A stretch of DNA of 64,000 nt from a virus, in IMG/VR virus record IMGVR_UViG_3300009703_000016, positions 1,001 through 65,000 of that record. One strand, given 5' to 3'. How positions within the stretch are numbered: position 1 is the stretch's first letter; the number at the start of each line of letters is the position of its first letter. A program made the position numbers and the translations under genes. The notes under the pieces are model-generated. The model was not told the origin of the DNA. It ran no database searches and saw only the letters and a program-made list of their open reading frames with translations. Below, in pieces: positions 40,049 to 50,600 of the stretch.

Positions 40049-40543
40049 TCAGGTAACTCTCCATGCTACTTCGATCCAGGTGTGAGGATCATTAGCTGTG
40101 CCTTCAATATAAAACTGTAGCAAATCACCCTGACTAAAGTCTATGTTAGTAGATACATCCTGGTTTCCCAATCCTGCTGTTACAGCTAGAGATGTAAGAT
40201 TTGTTACAGATCCATTCTTTCTAACCCTGAGTGTGAAAGTATTGGTTTTGCTATTCTCAACGGAGACCATGGTTATAGTTCCCTTTCGAGCCATTCTTAT
40301 TCCTGTCTTTTGAAGATTAACCCCATCTTCTGTGAATAAAAGAACGTTCTTAGCTTTTCCCCTTTTACCACCTGCAAAAGTATTTCTCGCTATTGTTAAG
40401 GTCTTGTTGCCCCGTGTTGGGTCTATGTACACGGGATAACCATTTGTTATTATCAGGTCACCAGTAGTGCTGTTACCATCAACGCCGATAATCTCGTGCA
40501 TTAAGATATGGTCAGATATTGCCTTACTGTTTATCTTAGACAT
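40049..40543 (-). CDS. Putative virion structural protein
   Basis: 164 aa with a beta-sandwich-like C-terminus (FTLRVRKNG...FSQGDLLQFYI). Coupled to its neighbours. Confidence 0.5.
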   Translation of the reverse strand: MSKINSKAISDHILMHEIIGVDGNSTTGDLIITNGYPVYIDPTRGNKTLTIARNTFAGGKRGKAKNVLLFTEDGVNLQKTGIRMARKGTITMVSVENSKTNTFTLRVRKNGSVTNLTSLAVTAGLGNQDVSTNIDFSQGDLLQFYIEGTANDPHTWIEVAWRVT

Positions 40544-40929
40544 TAAAGAGTGGCCCCTATGGTAGGGAACTCACTTAGGCCAACGATTAAATCATTTTCT
40601 AAATTCTCATCATCACGACCATCATATGTAACTGATAATATATCATTACTAGATCCGTTCATTACGAAGTCGTCATAACCTCCAAGCATCAGAACAGAAT
40701 CAACAACTCTACTTCCACCCATATCGAGATTGAACCTCTGGAAGCTTACTGATAAGTGTAGTCCGCGTTTTCTTCGTTCAGCTAAAGATCCATATTCACC
40801 TGGAATACTAGTAGGATTAGCTTCTCGTTTTTCATTTACACTAATGCAGTGAACACCAATGACCTTGCCATTAGAGTTCTTATAGATACGAGTTATTGTA
40901 TCCAGTAGTGAAGTTCCTACTTGTCCCAT
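40543..40929 (-). CDS. Hypothetical protein
   Basis: 128-aa ORF with start and stop overlapping both neighbours. Confidence 0.55.
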   Translation of the reverse strand: MGQVGTSLLDTITRIYKNSNGKVIGVHCISVNEKREANPTSIPGEYGSLAERRKRGLHLSVSFQRFNLDMGGSRVVDSVLMLGGYDDFVMNGSSNDILSVTYDGRDDENLENDLIVGLSEFPTIGATL

Positions 40930-42032
40930 TAGACATCAATCCAAAGTTTGTTTCCGCTTACTGTTAGTATTTTAGCTATAGGCCCATCTACAGATGTGAT
41001 CGATAGGTTTGGGTGATCGATAACTGGTTCTGCTGTTACCTGCACTGTTAGATCTGAAATAGTAGCAGGATCGATATTGTCGTTGAATTCAACACATATC
41101 CTATCGTAGGCTTCTGGTTTGAGATTAACAGCTAAGTCTGCAGGGGTATTGCTTAAGACTTTAAAATCTATAGTTGGCAATAGGGCAGCGGGAATAGGTA
41201 TTCCAGTAGGGGATGTTGCGGTCTCACCTGCTACTGGGACGATTGTTCCTCCACCTGTTGTGAAGCTAAATGTTTGGTGACCTTCAAAGAATTCAGGATC
41301 TTTTAATACAAAGGTCCACTCGTCTCCAGTCTGATAAGTTCCTTCTTCAAATCGAATATTCGTACCTTTAATAAAGTTAAGTGTATTGATATGCGTAAAG
41401 GCTGGACCGTGAAGATCCATAGGTACACTATCTAACCACCACTCAGTTTGAGCTTCTGCTAGAATGCCAGATGTGGTTACTCGAATATTTACCGTATCTG
41501 TAGTTAATCCACCAGTGTAAGTTCCATCTACGACAGGTACACCTGTTGAGGTATTACCTCCTGCAACTACAACATCAAAGACAGATCGGTTTTTCGCACC
41601 AAAGTCATCACCATCTGTTAGGTCTTCATCACCAACAATATGAACAATATACTCAGTATCTGGAGCAAAGGGTTTATCAGGTAAGAAGGTTACTCTAGTC
41701 TTATAGAGTGTTCCTAAACCAGTAGTATCTGTTGTGCTGACTGGTAATCCAGTAGAGGGATCAAGTCTCTCAAAAGTATACGTACCAGGAACAATGCCCT
41801 TGTACCCTGGACTTTCTAGGATTGAGGTTTCTGCGCCTTGTTGAAGAACGTCTGGTATATATGAATTGTAAATTATCTCATCTGTATCTGGACCTTCTAC
41901 TATAATAGTATTTGCTAAGCACTCTTCGTCCATAGCCCTGTTGAAAGTAATACGAATACTATCAGTTAAGATAGTGCCCACAGTGTTATCTGCAGGAAAT
42001 ACACTTTCTACAATGTCAGAGATTAAAGTCAT
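40929..42032 (-). CDS. Ig-like (SbsA/Big_5-type) repeat virion protein
   Basis: Two units: ESVFPADN...IRITFNRAMD and SNTPADLA...ICVEFNDNIDPATI. Confidence 0.65.
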   Translation of the reverse strand: MTLISDIVESVFPADNTVGTILTDSIRITFNRAMDEECLANTIIVEGPDTDEIIYNSYIPDVLQQGAETSILESPGYKGIVPGTYTFERLDPSTGLPVSTTDTTGLGTLYKTRVTFLPDKPFAPDTEYIVHIVGDEDLTDGDDFGAKNRSVFDVVVAGGNTSTGVPVVDGTYTGGLTTDTVNIRVTTSGILAEAQTEWWLDSVPMDLHGPAFTHINTLNFIKGTNIRFEEGTYQTGDEWTFVLKDPEFFEGHQTFSFTTGGGTIVPVAGETATSPTGIPIPAALLPTIDFKVLSNTPADLAVNLKPEAYDRICVEFNDNIDPATISDLTVQVTAEPVIDHPNLSITSVDGPIAKILTVSGNKLWIDV

Positions 42033-42046
42033 TCAGGAATCAGCTC

Positions 42047-42667
42047 CTATTCATCTGTTACTTCCAGGTCAGTAAAGTCATCTTCTGTTGCGGGTCTTAC
42101 AACAACCTTTCGTTCATCTTGATCTGTTACTTCAGATACAAAATCACTATTGATTGCACCTACACGTACAGGGTTAAGTTTATCACCAACATCCTCAGTG
42201 CCAATCTTTTGGGTTACAAGACTCTGTAGATGATCAAGCCTGTCGTTCACAACCTTTAGTAAACTGCTTCTAGGTTTCTTTTTCAACTGCTCTTGAACCT
42301 TAACAGCTCTAAGTAGTTGAAAGTTATTACTACCTTTTAAGTCTTTTTTGAGACTTGCCATCGGTAGCTTTAGTAGATTTTTAATCTTTTCCTCTTCTGC
42401 ATCTTTATTAGGATGAACAAGTGGTTTCTGATCTTGAACTGCTGGTTTAGAAACTTGAATTACTGCACCTTTAGTTTCTTTATTCACGTTATCTACTTTA
42501 ACTTTTTTAAGAAAATGTGCATTATTGATCCAGCCCTTTTCCTCTTCTGACAAGGTCGCAGGGTCAAAGGATATGGGTCCTCTATCTTCTATACTTAAGT
42601 GGATCTTCCCAGGCACTATGAATAGGGGTGCTTCATCTAATTCAATCGTTGGCATATTGTCAGTCAT
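42047..42667 (-). CDS. Hypothetical head-associated protein
   Basis: Start taken at MTDNMP because of an AGGAG SD; the track start overlaps the terminator. The LRAVKVQEQLKKKPRSSLLKVV motif is typical of post-capsid genes. Confidence 0.55.
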   Translation of the reverse strand: MTDNMPTIELDEAPLFIVPGKIHLSIEDRGPISFDPATLSEEEKGWINNAHFLKKVKVDNVNKETKGAVIQVSKPAVQDQKPLVHPNKDAEEEKIKNLLKLPMASLKKDLKGSNNFQLLRAVKVQEQLKKKPRSSLLKVVNDRLDHLQSLVTQKIGTEDVGDKLNPVRVGAINSDFVSEVTDQDERKVVVRPATEDDFTDLEVTDE

Positions 42668-42677
42668 TATTACTCCT

Positions 42678-42716
42678 ATAAAAAACAAACGCGAGGGCGG
42701 TTAAGCCACTCGCGTT
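42678..42716 (-). terminator. Rho-independent terminator after the major capsid gene
   Basis: Minus strand AACGCGAG-TGGC-TTAACC-GCC-CTCGCGTT followed by TGTTTTTT. Confidence 0.8.
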
Positions 42717-42747
42717 CATTATACCTAATTGTTAGTAAGCTGTCAGC

Positions 42748-44001
42748 TTAAAGAACACTATCAGTTGGGCCGATTGGTCCTAGGCTTGAGCTAGCTACAT
42801 TAAGTGTTGCTTGAGCTGGGAGAACAACTTCGTTTGGAACGACGTGTACGTTCTTCATAGTTGCAACAGCTTGTCCTTCGTGAAGGATAGCGATTGCATA
42901 ACGCTCGCGCAATTTGATTTTCTTAATTTCAACTTTTGGATCGTTGAATTCTTCGGTAGTAATATCCTCATCTACGATAAGGGCGCCAAGTTCAGAACTA
43001 TCAAACATGTAAATGTCAGTTAGTCTAGTACGTGGATCGAAAGGTACGAATGGGGATACTACAATCCTGAAGTTCATACCTAAGTAACTAGGTAGTGCTG
43101 GAGCGCTGTTCATTGTCTGAGAGAACTCAGTCAAGCTACTTGGAGTAGCAACGCCTGTGCCATCGCCAGGGGCGATAACGTTTTGACCAGCACCGCTTCC
43201 AAGTCCGCCCTGTGAGGCTTGTGGATTAAACTGCTGATTAACCTGACCAGTATGATTAGCGAAGAAAGTTCCGCCGCCACTCATAAGAGCGAACATACGT
43301 AAGGTTGGATCCTTGACAAACATGATCCAGGTTAGTGGATGCATAAGCAAGGTATTTGGCATAAAGCCCTGTGTCATAACCTGACCGAAGCAATCGAAAA
43401 CGTCATCCATGGTTACAGAACCATTTGGAGCGCCATCTAGGCCTCGTCCAGTAGTAACACCCTTCACAGATTGTGCTGGAGTTACGTTATCAAAGACAGT
43501 AACACCCACAGAACGGATCATATTAAAGATCTTTTGTTCTTTGTGGCGTGCTAGTGCCCTACCGGCTGCACGGAGATGCATACCAATTACATCGAATTGG
43601 CTGTAACGAACCATCTCATCAGTAACTTTAACGGCTACACCGCTTTTACCGATTGTGGCTGTTACGCTGCTTCCGCCCATTGCGAGTCTCTGTTCTGGGT
43701 ACTCTTGCCCTTCTCCGATATCAGCTGCGACCAAGGCACCAACGGCTGGGAAGGTGATGGTTTGACCATAGCTATATTGAATTCGCTGAAGTAAAGAAGT
43801 TCCCACAAGAAGAGGCTCTTGTGCTTCACGCACTACATTGCTCATTACTTTTGGTAAAAGCATAGGTGCGTCTGGAACAGATAGTGCGTCACTAAGACGT
43901 ACCAATCCGCCAGAGATAGAATCACGACCCGTACGCCACACATATTCCATCTGGGCTGCGTCGTTAATCTTAAGCTCATCTATTGACATAAAATCATTCA
44001 T
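42748..44001 (-). CDS. Major capsid protein (HK97 fold)
   Basis: 417 aa. VREAQEPLL...AADIGEGQEYPE...KSGVAVKVTDEMVRYSQFDVIGMHLRAAGRALARHKEQKIF. GGGGAGG SD; followed by a terminator. Confidence 0.9.
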   Translation of the reverse strand: MNDFMSIDELKINDAAQMEYVWRTGRDSISGGLVRLSDALSVPDAPMLLPKVMSNVVREAQEPLLVGTSLLQRIQYSYGQTITFPAVGALVAADIGEGQEYPEQRLAMGGSSVTATIGKSGVAVKVTDEMVRYSQFDVIGMHLRAAGRALARHKEQKIFNMIRSVGVTVFDNVTPAQSVKGVTTGRGLDGAPNGSVTMDDVFDCFGQVMTQGFMPNTLLMHPLTWIMFVKDPTLRMFALMSGGGTFFANHTGQVNQQFNPQASQGGLGSGAGQNVIAPGDGTGVATPSSLTEFSQTMNSAPALPSYLGMNFRIVVSPFVPFDPRTRLTDIYMFDSSELGALIVDEDITTEEFNDPKVEIKKIKLRERYAIAILHEGQAVATMKNVHVVPNEVVLPAQATLNVASSSLGPIGPTDSVL

Positions 44002-44017
44002 TCTCTGTTACCTCCCC

Positions 44018-45277
44018 TTAGAACCTAGTTAGGTTGATACGTACTACAGTGTCTGCAGCGCCAGCATAGTGGACATTACCACGTGCTCCACCAGTAGCTG
44101 TACCAGGCATCTCGTCAAGTTGACCAAGATAAGCAGGTTTACCACCAGTAGCATCAGTGCTAATTGCAGGATTGTACGCAGTACGTACTCTTTCAAGTAA
44201 GTCTTTAGGACCGACATCGCGATCTAAGACCTGTCCAACGATAAGACCCATAGCACGAGCGACATTAGCGGATTCGTCTCCACCAGAAGTGTCGCCTATG
44301 TATAGGTTAGCGGCGGATGCCAAGCGGAGGTTAGAGTCTGCATCAAAAGTGAGCAAGTCTCCGCACTTGAGGTCGCCAACAGCACTTGCAAATGTCGAAA
44401 CAGTTGAAGGCGCAGCAGCGTAATGGCTATAAGTTAGTGTGATACCAGTTGGTTGAGAGGTTGCATATACAGTAATGTCACCATTAACAGTATCTACATG
44501 CCAATCACCACTAGCTACAACTTCTGCTTCAGTGGCTTTCTGATTAACAAACAATGTAGCCGAAGCTCCACCTGCAAATGCCATTGCAGTACGTTTGGTA
44601 CTAGTAGCTAATGGAATATTAGCAACTGGATCAGATTTAGAAACATTAGCAACTGGAACACCAAATGAAAGTGCTTCAGCCGTAGTCGTAGCAGGAACAA
44701 GTGGTAGTTCTAATACGTAGTCACACAGGATGGCTACCTGATGCTGCATATTATAGTTGTGATTTTTGTATAGAGCTGGGTTAGAACCATCTCCACCTGC
44801 CCATTGAAGATACGCATAAGGAGCGACTCCAACTGGCTGAGAGATGCTGATTGCAACACCGGAAACACCAAGGAACCCAGCAGCGTCAATTTCTGCTGCA
44901 GTATATCCACGAGTAGATCCAGCGTCAGTAAGTTCTGCTGTAGTAACAGCAGCACCTGTTGCAACGTTGATCGTTCCAGCGGTTACGTCCCGAGTGGTAT
45001 AGGTAACAACGTCACCCGATCCAGCTAGTTCAGCTGGAATTTTTAAACCCGCAGGAACAAGATCACCGTTAGGGTCACAAGCTACAACTTTACCTGGCAT
45101 AATCACGAAATAATTTTCATAATGCTTATCAGCGAACTGGACAGGCAGCCATTCAGCTGGTCTGTATTCAATCGCTGGGCGAACACCTTCAGAGTGTTCA
45201 ACATTAGGAAGAATATTCCCTACGTGATCCCAAGTCTTGTGATTAGCCTCATATTGGCCAAAAGCGTTAAAAGACAT
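44018..45277 (-). CDS. Capsid decoration/cement protein
   Basis: 419 aa Ala/Gly/Thr-rich protein between protease and MCP. VIMPGKVVACDPNG...LKCGDLLTFDADSN. Confidence 0.6.
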   Translation of the reverse strand: MSFNAFGQYEANHKTWDHVGNILPNVEHSEGVRPAIEYRPAEWLPVQFADKHYENYFVIMPGKVVACDPNGDLVPAGLKIPAELAGSGDVVTYTTRDVTAGTINVATGAAVTTAELTDAGSTRGYTAAEIDAAGFLGVSGVAISISQPVGVAPYAYLQWAGGDGSNPALYKNHNYNMQHQVAILCDYVLELPLVPATTTAEALSFGVPVANVSKSDPVANIPLATSTKRTAMAFAGGASATLFVNQKATEAEVVASGDWHVDTVNGDITVYATSQPTGITLTYSHYAAAPSTVSTFASAVGDLKCGDLLTFDADSNLRLASAANLYIGDTSGGDESANVARAMGLIVGQVLDRDVGPKDLLERVRTAYNPAISTDATGGKPAYLGQLDEMPGTATGGARGNVHYAGAADTVVRINLTRF

Positions 45278-45294
45278 ATTCTTTCTTCCTCCTC

Positions 45295-47607
45295 TTAGTT
45301 ATCAAGATCTGGCTTTGGTTGAGCGAAACCCCTTGCAACTGCATCTTTATAAAAAGATTTAGCTTTTATTGGGTTCTGCTCCTGAACTAGAATACGGCGA
45401 TATTCATTGTCTGCCCAGTCTTGCGATCGGAAAGTAGGCTTTGTGTCTACCTGATCTTTAGTTTCCTCAGTAACGGAAGGCGTTGTTACCTCAGTTGGAT
45501 TGTCTACGGTTTCTTTAGGTGTTCTAGAGAGTCCGTCATTGACTTTATCAGCAATGCGAACCATGTCAACCTTCCCTGAAATTGTTTCTAGTGAATTGTC
45601 AAGTACCTCATCGCTGATTTTTGAAAAATTATCCTTAAGATCGTCGGTAAGCGTACCTTCTAATGTGTGTAAGTTCTCAAGTCTTGCAATCTTCTGACTA
45701 CGTAAGCTGTGATTAGCATTTACGAGTTGGTCAGTTAAGACTTCAATGTCTGAGTATGTTGCACGCAACTCTTGGCGAAGAGCAGTTAATTGGTCATTCT
45801 TGTTTCCAAGCTTGTCTTCAAGCCTAGTTGACTCTGCAACTTGAGCATCGAATTCATCCTGAACAACAACTAATCCAGTAAGAGCTAAGGCCTTGCGTAG
45901 ACCATCTTCACCAATGCGTTCTGCAAGTGAGATAATCATCTGCTTTAACTGGTTAATCTCTTTATCCTTAAGAGCGGGTGCTTCGTCCATGGACTCTTCA
46001 TCCCAGGGGTTTCCATACAGTCCAAGATCAAGAGTATTAAGAACTGAGCGTACAAGGTCTGCTGTCAGGCGAGAATCCTCTACTTCTTCAGGTGTTTCCT
46101 TGGCAGAGTCTTCAACTTTCGAGTCGGACTCTACACAATCACACCCCATTGCTTTCGCTTTTCTGGAGACAGAAGTATACACACTGCTTTTCTTAGCCGA
46201 TTCAACTGTTGAGCTGTCCATTAGTTTCAAAACTGCATTAACATGAGCACAGTCTACAACAGGCAGGGACATGTCTGGTCCGCAGAACGAACTCTTTGGC
46301 AACTTCTCACGGTCCTCAACCGAGAGCTTGTCTTCAAGCAACTCATTAAAAGCATCGTTAAGCAAGAGGCTTTCTTCGTCTGTTAAGTTAAAGTCATAGG
46401 ATTGACCGTCTTGAACGCTAAAGATCTTATCCAGAATAGGGAGGACATCACCTTTAGATTCATTGTCATCCTGAATGACTTCTTTGTTTGTTTCTGAGCT
46501 ATCTTCGGAGTCTGCAACTGTTTCAGCTGTGTCTTTAACCTCAGCTTCTACCTTAGCGTTTTCCTCTGCTTTTACAGTGGGCTCATCTCCACTCTCTTCA
46601 GAAGTTTTAACTTCATCTTTGACTTTGTCATCATCGGCCTTGGTATCAATATCCATTGCAGAATCCTCCTTGTGAAAGTAATCAGCGACAGGATACAAGA
46701 ACATGCTTGCTTTTTTATCCTTTACGCTATCCAAAATACCATTTGATTCGATAGATAGAACACCTGAATGTCGATCAGCTGGAGTATTAACAAATGAATA
46801 TTCGTCATAATCCAAGCTACCGGCAATAACAAAACACTTCTTGTCTTCATATACCTTTCCAGGTCTATGACCACAGTGTTCCTCATCTAACCAATTAGTA
46901 CTACAAATGGAACATACGGCTTTGTCAGATATAGCTCCAACAGAACCGGTTAAGAATCTACCATCTAAAACTTTTTGGATGGCATCTGGGTCAGTAATAT
47001 CGGCTGTTAGTTCAATGAAACCAACGCCACGATAATGCTTATCACCTAAGACACTATCTATTAGCTTAACCATTTGTAATTTTTCAATAAAAGATTTATC
47101 ACTACCGCAGAAGTCTTTCCAAAAGTCAGAGTCAGCACGGCCAATATCCTTCTTTCTGGAATCTCGCAGTACGTGATTTTTGAACCTATCCACTACTTGA
47201 CCAACAGTCTCTACATATCTTGATTGGACTACGCGACCAACTGGATCTTTATGATCTTCGTGGTGTACCTGGATTGGTTTTGGATATAGTTCAGTAAATG
47301 TTTTTGCGCCATCTCGCATCTTATCTGGTAAGTAGAATCCGTTATTTCTAGTTACGAGACCTGCATGAGTGGCAGCTAGTCTAATAACTAGGCCATTACC
47401 ATTTACTTGAGTAGGTTGAACAGTCTCTGTTCCTGGCTGGGTACCTAATCCAGAAGGATGGGGTTCGCCAGTTTGGGGCTTAAAGGCGCCCATATAATCA
47501 TCTTGTACTTTTTCAAAAGACTGCTGGTTGTAATCTAGAACTTTAAAATCTACTTGATCGCTAAATTCCCAACCTCTATCAGTTTTTCGTCCATTATCAA
47601 TGCTCAT
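45295..47607 (-). CDS. Prohead protease fused to scaffolding domain
   Basis: HHEDHKDPVGRV, FLTGSVG, CSIC...HCGHRPG, YDEYSFVNTPAD. The C-terminal half is acidic and coiled-coil. Confidence 0.8.
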   Translation of the reverse strand: MSIDNGRKTDRGWEFSDQVDFKVLDYNQQSFEKVQDDYMGAFKPQTGEPHPSGLGTQPGTETVQPTQVNGNGLVIRLAATHAGLVTRNNGFYLPDKMRDGAKTFTELYPKPIQVHHEDHKDPVGRVVQSRYVETVGQVVDRFKNHVLRDSRKKDIGRADSDFWKDFCGSDKSFIEKLQMVKLIDSVLGDKHYRGVGFIELTADITDPDAIQKVLDGRFLTGSVGAISDKAVCSICSTNWLDEEHCGHRPGKVYEDKKCFVIAGSLDYDEYSFVNTPADRHSGVLSIESNGILDSVKDKKASMFLYPVADYFHKEDSAMDIDTKADDDKVKDEVKTSEESGDEPTVKAEENAKVEAEVKDTAETVADSEDSSETNKEVIQDDNESKGDVLPILDKIFSVQDGQSYDFNLTDEESLLLNDAFNELLEDKLSVEDREKLPKSSFCGPDMSLPVVDCAHVNAVLKLMDSSTVESAKKSSVYTSVSRKAKAMGCDCVESDSKVEDSAKETPEEVEDSRLTADLVRSVLNTLDLGLYGNPWDEESMDEAPALKDKEINQLKQMIISLAERIGEDGLRKALALTGLVVVQDEFDAQVAESTRLEDKLGNKNDQLTALRQELRATYSDIEVLTDQLVNANHSLRSQKIARLENLHTLEGTLTDDLKDNFSKISDEVLDNSLETISGKVDMVRIADKVNDGLSRTPKETVDNPTEVTTPSVTEETKDQVDTKPTFRSQDWADNEYRRILVQEQNPIKAKSFYKDAVARGFAQPKPDLDN

Positions 47608-47615
47608 ATATAAGT

Positions 47616-50600
47616 CTACTCCTTATTAAAAACTTCGATCTCTGCTCTTGCACTTGCATGTAGCGGAGGGATTTCCTCTAGGTCGAAGCTAGATTGAATG
47701 GAGTGAGAATCTGCAGAGGCATTTTTACACTTATCACAAGAGTCCTCTGGGGCAGCAATTCTCCATTCACTAAACTTCAAGTCTCTAGCTGCTTCAAGAA
47801 AACCAAGGTTATGTGCTTTCCTAATCTCTACATCTTCCATGAATTTGTTTCTAAACCTAAATGAATCAAAGACAGCTTTAACTCTGTGGATTCTATCACC
47901 CTTTGACAGATCCGCAATACTCTGCCTATCTACAGCATTGATTGTATCTCTGATCAGTCGTTCTATGTAGAAATCTATACGTTGTTGGATCTTGGAACGA
48001 GAGCGAATAGACGCATCAATTTGTTGATTACTATCACTATTCAGTTCTTTATAACCCCTCATGAAAGCTGCACTTGCTCGGCTATTGAGATCCTTAGACA
48101 TAGAATCTTGAGTTGAAATAGCAAGCTGTCTAAACAGGAAGAAGTCAAAACCATTCTTATTAACCATCTCTACAAGGTCACTCTCTAAGTCATTATACTT
48201 TGGGGTTAAGAAGTCTGTTGTCTTTGCCTGTGGCTTATTAGCAGCTGCAGTTTTTGCTCTTCTTTCTTCTGCTTGTAACTGCTCCTCTCCAGCTTCAACT
48301 CTTTGAGTTTCTGTTACAGAGGTAGACCTTGAAGCAGCAGCAGCCTTCGCAGCTGGAGTGAAGGGTTCATCAACAGCCTGGATTAAAGCTTTGGGCTCAT
48401 CTATTAGCTTCCAGAATGTAGAATGCCACTCTGGGAACTGTTCTGCTAGATCCTCTATCTCTTGGGCCTCTAGAGAAGTTGGGATATCAAATGGCTGTCT
48501 TCCCATTCCAATTCTTGCTTCATGAATGGTAATAGCATTTTTTGCAAATAGATCTGCATGGTGATTTTCTTTTTTAATCTGATGATCTAAATCGATCTCT
48601 TTAAACTTAAGGAACACTTTGTGTTCTTGGTTTAGTACATCAGAACCGAAGTTAGATTCTAGTAAAAGCTCACTAACTAGAAAATCATTAACCTGACACT
48701 CTAGAGTTCTTTGAATGTCTTTTACAGAGTCAACAAGATTCTGTGACATATTATCAGAAGTAGCACGGTTTGCAGTATTACCCTGGATAGTAATAAGTTT
48801 ATTACGTCTAGTTACGAAAAGGTGATTGGGAACATTATAGCAATAAATAATCCCACTATAATCAACCTCACTAACATCTCTCTTGATGTTCAAAAATCTG
48901 TTTCGAGCTTTTCGTTCCCTCAGGTTAGCTCTTAGGTAAAAGAAGTGACCGATTTCAGGACTATGTTTTTCAGAAATATTACAGTTATATCCAGCAGATA
49001 TTAGAAGTCTCTGGATCAAGTCAACAACAAGCGGCTCGGTTACTCTCATATAGTATTCAAGTCCGCCACTTCTACTGTCTCTTTTTCTGAAGGCTACCTT
49101 CGTGAAGTTACAAGCGAACACCTTCCTAGCTGCTAGAGTAAAGTTCTCTGCCCAGCTAAAAGCCTCTACCGTGGTAAATTTCTTGAAGAATCCACCCAGA
49201 GTATTAGCATCAATTCTTATGCAGTTCTTATTTCCTACCTTCTGGGCTGTCCAAGGAATTTCCAAGTCAGATAAGACTTTGATTATATCCTCTTCCTGAC
49301 CAGTACCCCTTCTTCCTTTTAAGAACAAGAAGTCACCTGGCTCGTTCCACATAGGTTCATTGCCAGCTATATAGCCAGCAACAGCAGCAAGACTTATTTC
49401 GTCCTTGTGAGGTAATTTAACATTTGCCTTGTCTGCAAAAGAGGTTGTACTAAGTAGGTGACACTTGTACCCAGCTTTGCCAGCTAAGATATCCTTTGCA
49501 GACATCTTGGTCCACATACATTCATCGTTTGTACAAACCCACATGTCATGATTTGGAGTGACAAGAATGTCTACTCTTGAGTTTTTAAACTTGATCATCT
49601 TACCAACATAAGGATTTTCATACTTATAATTAGCAATGTGAAATTCAATCCTTTTACTTTCTGGATTATAAGTGGCAATCTTTTCTTTTGTATGATCGAT
49701 AGCCCAGTGGAATTTCCACCCAGATTCAGTTAGTGTTTGAGTACTAGAATCGTAACATTCACCTTCACCCATATCTACAGCTGAAATACCAAGACCAGAG
49801 AAGACTCTCTTCTTGAAATGTTCAAGATAACTCTCTGCACGTAGGGCTCTATTCTCTGTACCAATAAGTTCGATATTGTGTCTATGAGAAGTAACGATAC
49901 CGCCTTCTGAAGGCATGTATTGAATTTCACGTCTGGCGATTTCAATTTCTGTCTCACCCTGTTCTGTAATAGTTGCAGGTTGAGCATCGCTACCTATTTG
50001 GTAATGGAATAGTGGAAATAAGTGTTGATATATAAGAAGTTCTATATTCTCTTCAATCTTTCTAAGAGCACGAATATCATCTATGACTGGAACTAGAGTG
50101 GGCGTCCCAAACATGAGACCTTCTTTCTTGTTGAAGTAGAAATGTACAACATCTTCTGCTGCAAAGATCTTGAAGCTACCATCATGCATACGTTGTTTCC
50201 AACGGCGGACCTTACCAAACTTGTCAGCATCAACCAGCATTGTTTCTGGTGGAGCAATAAAGTATCCAGCGATTGGCTGTAATAGCTTCTCTTTTCCGGG
50301 AACCTGTCTAGGTTGTCCACCTGATGCAGACTCTTTCCTTACTTTTACAAGAAAAGCATTGGATTTTTTAATCAATCCAGAACCGATGGCTTTGACAAGT
50401 TCATCTGTGGGGATACTTGTAGCACGTGCTATTTGGTCAAGTCGTGATTTTATATATTGTATAGTACGAGGATTTGGGCCAACGAATTCATAACCTTCTT
50501 TAAATAGTAGGCCAATCTTCTTTAGGTAAGCCTGATGAACATAGGAGTCGGTATCCTCTACGCGGCCAACCTGGGAAAGATCATATTCAGACTGTATAAA

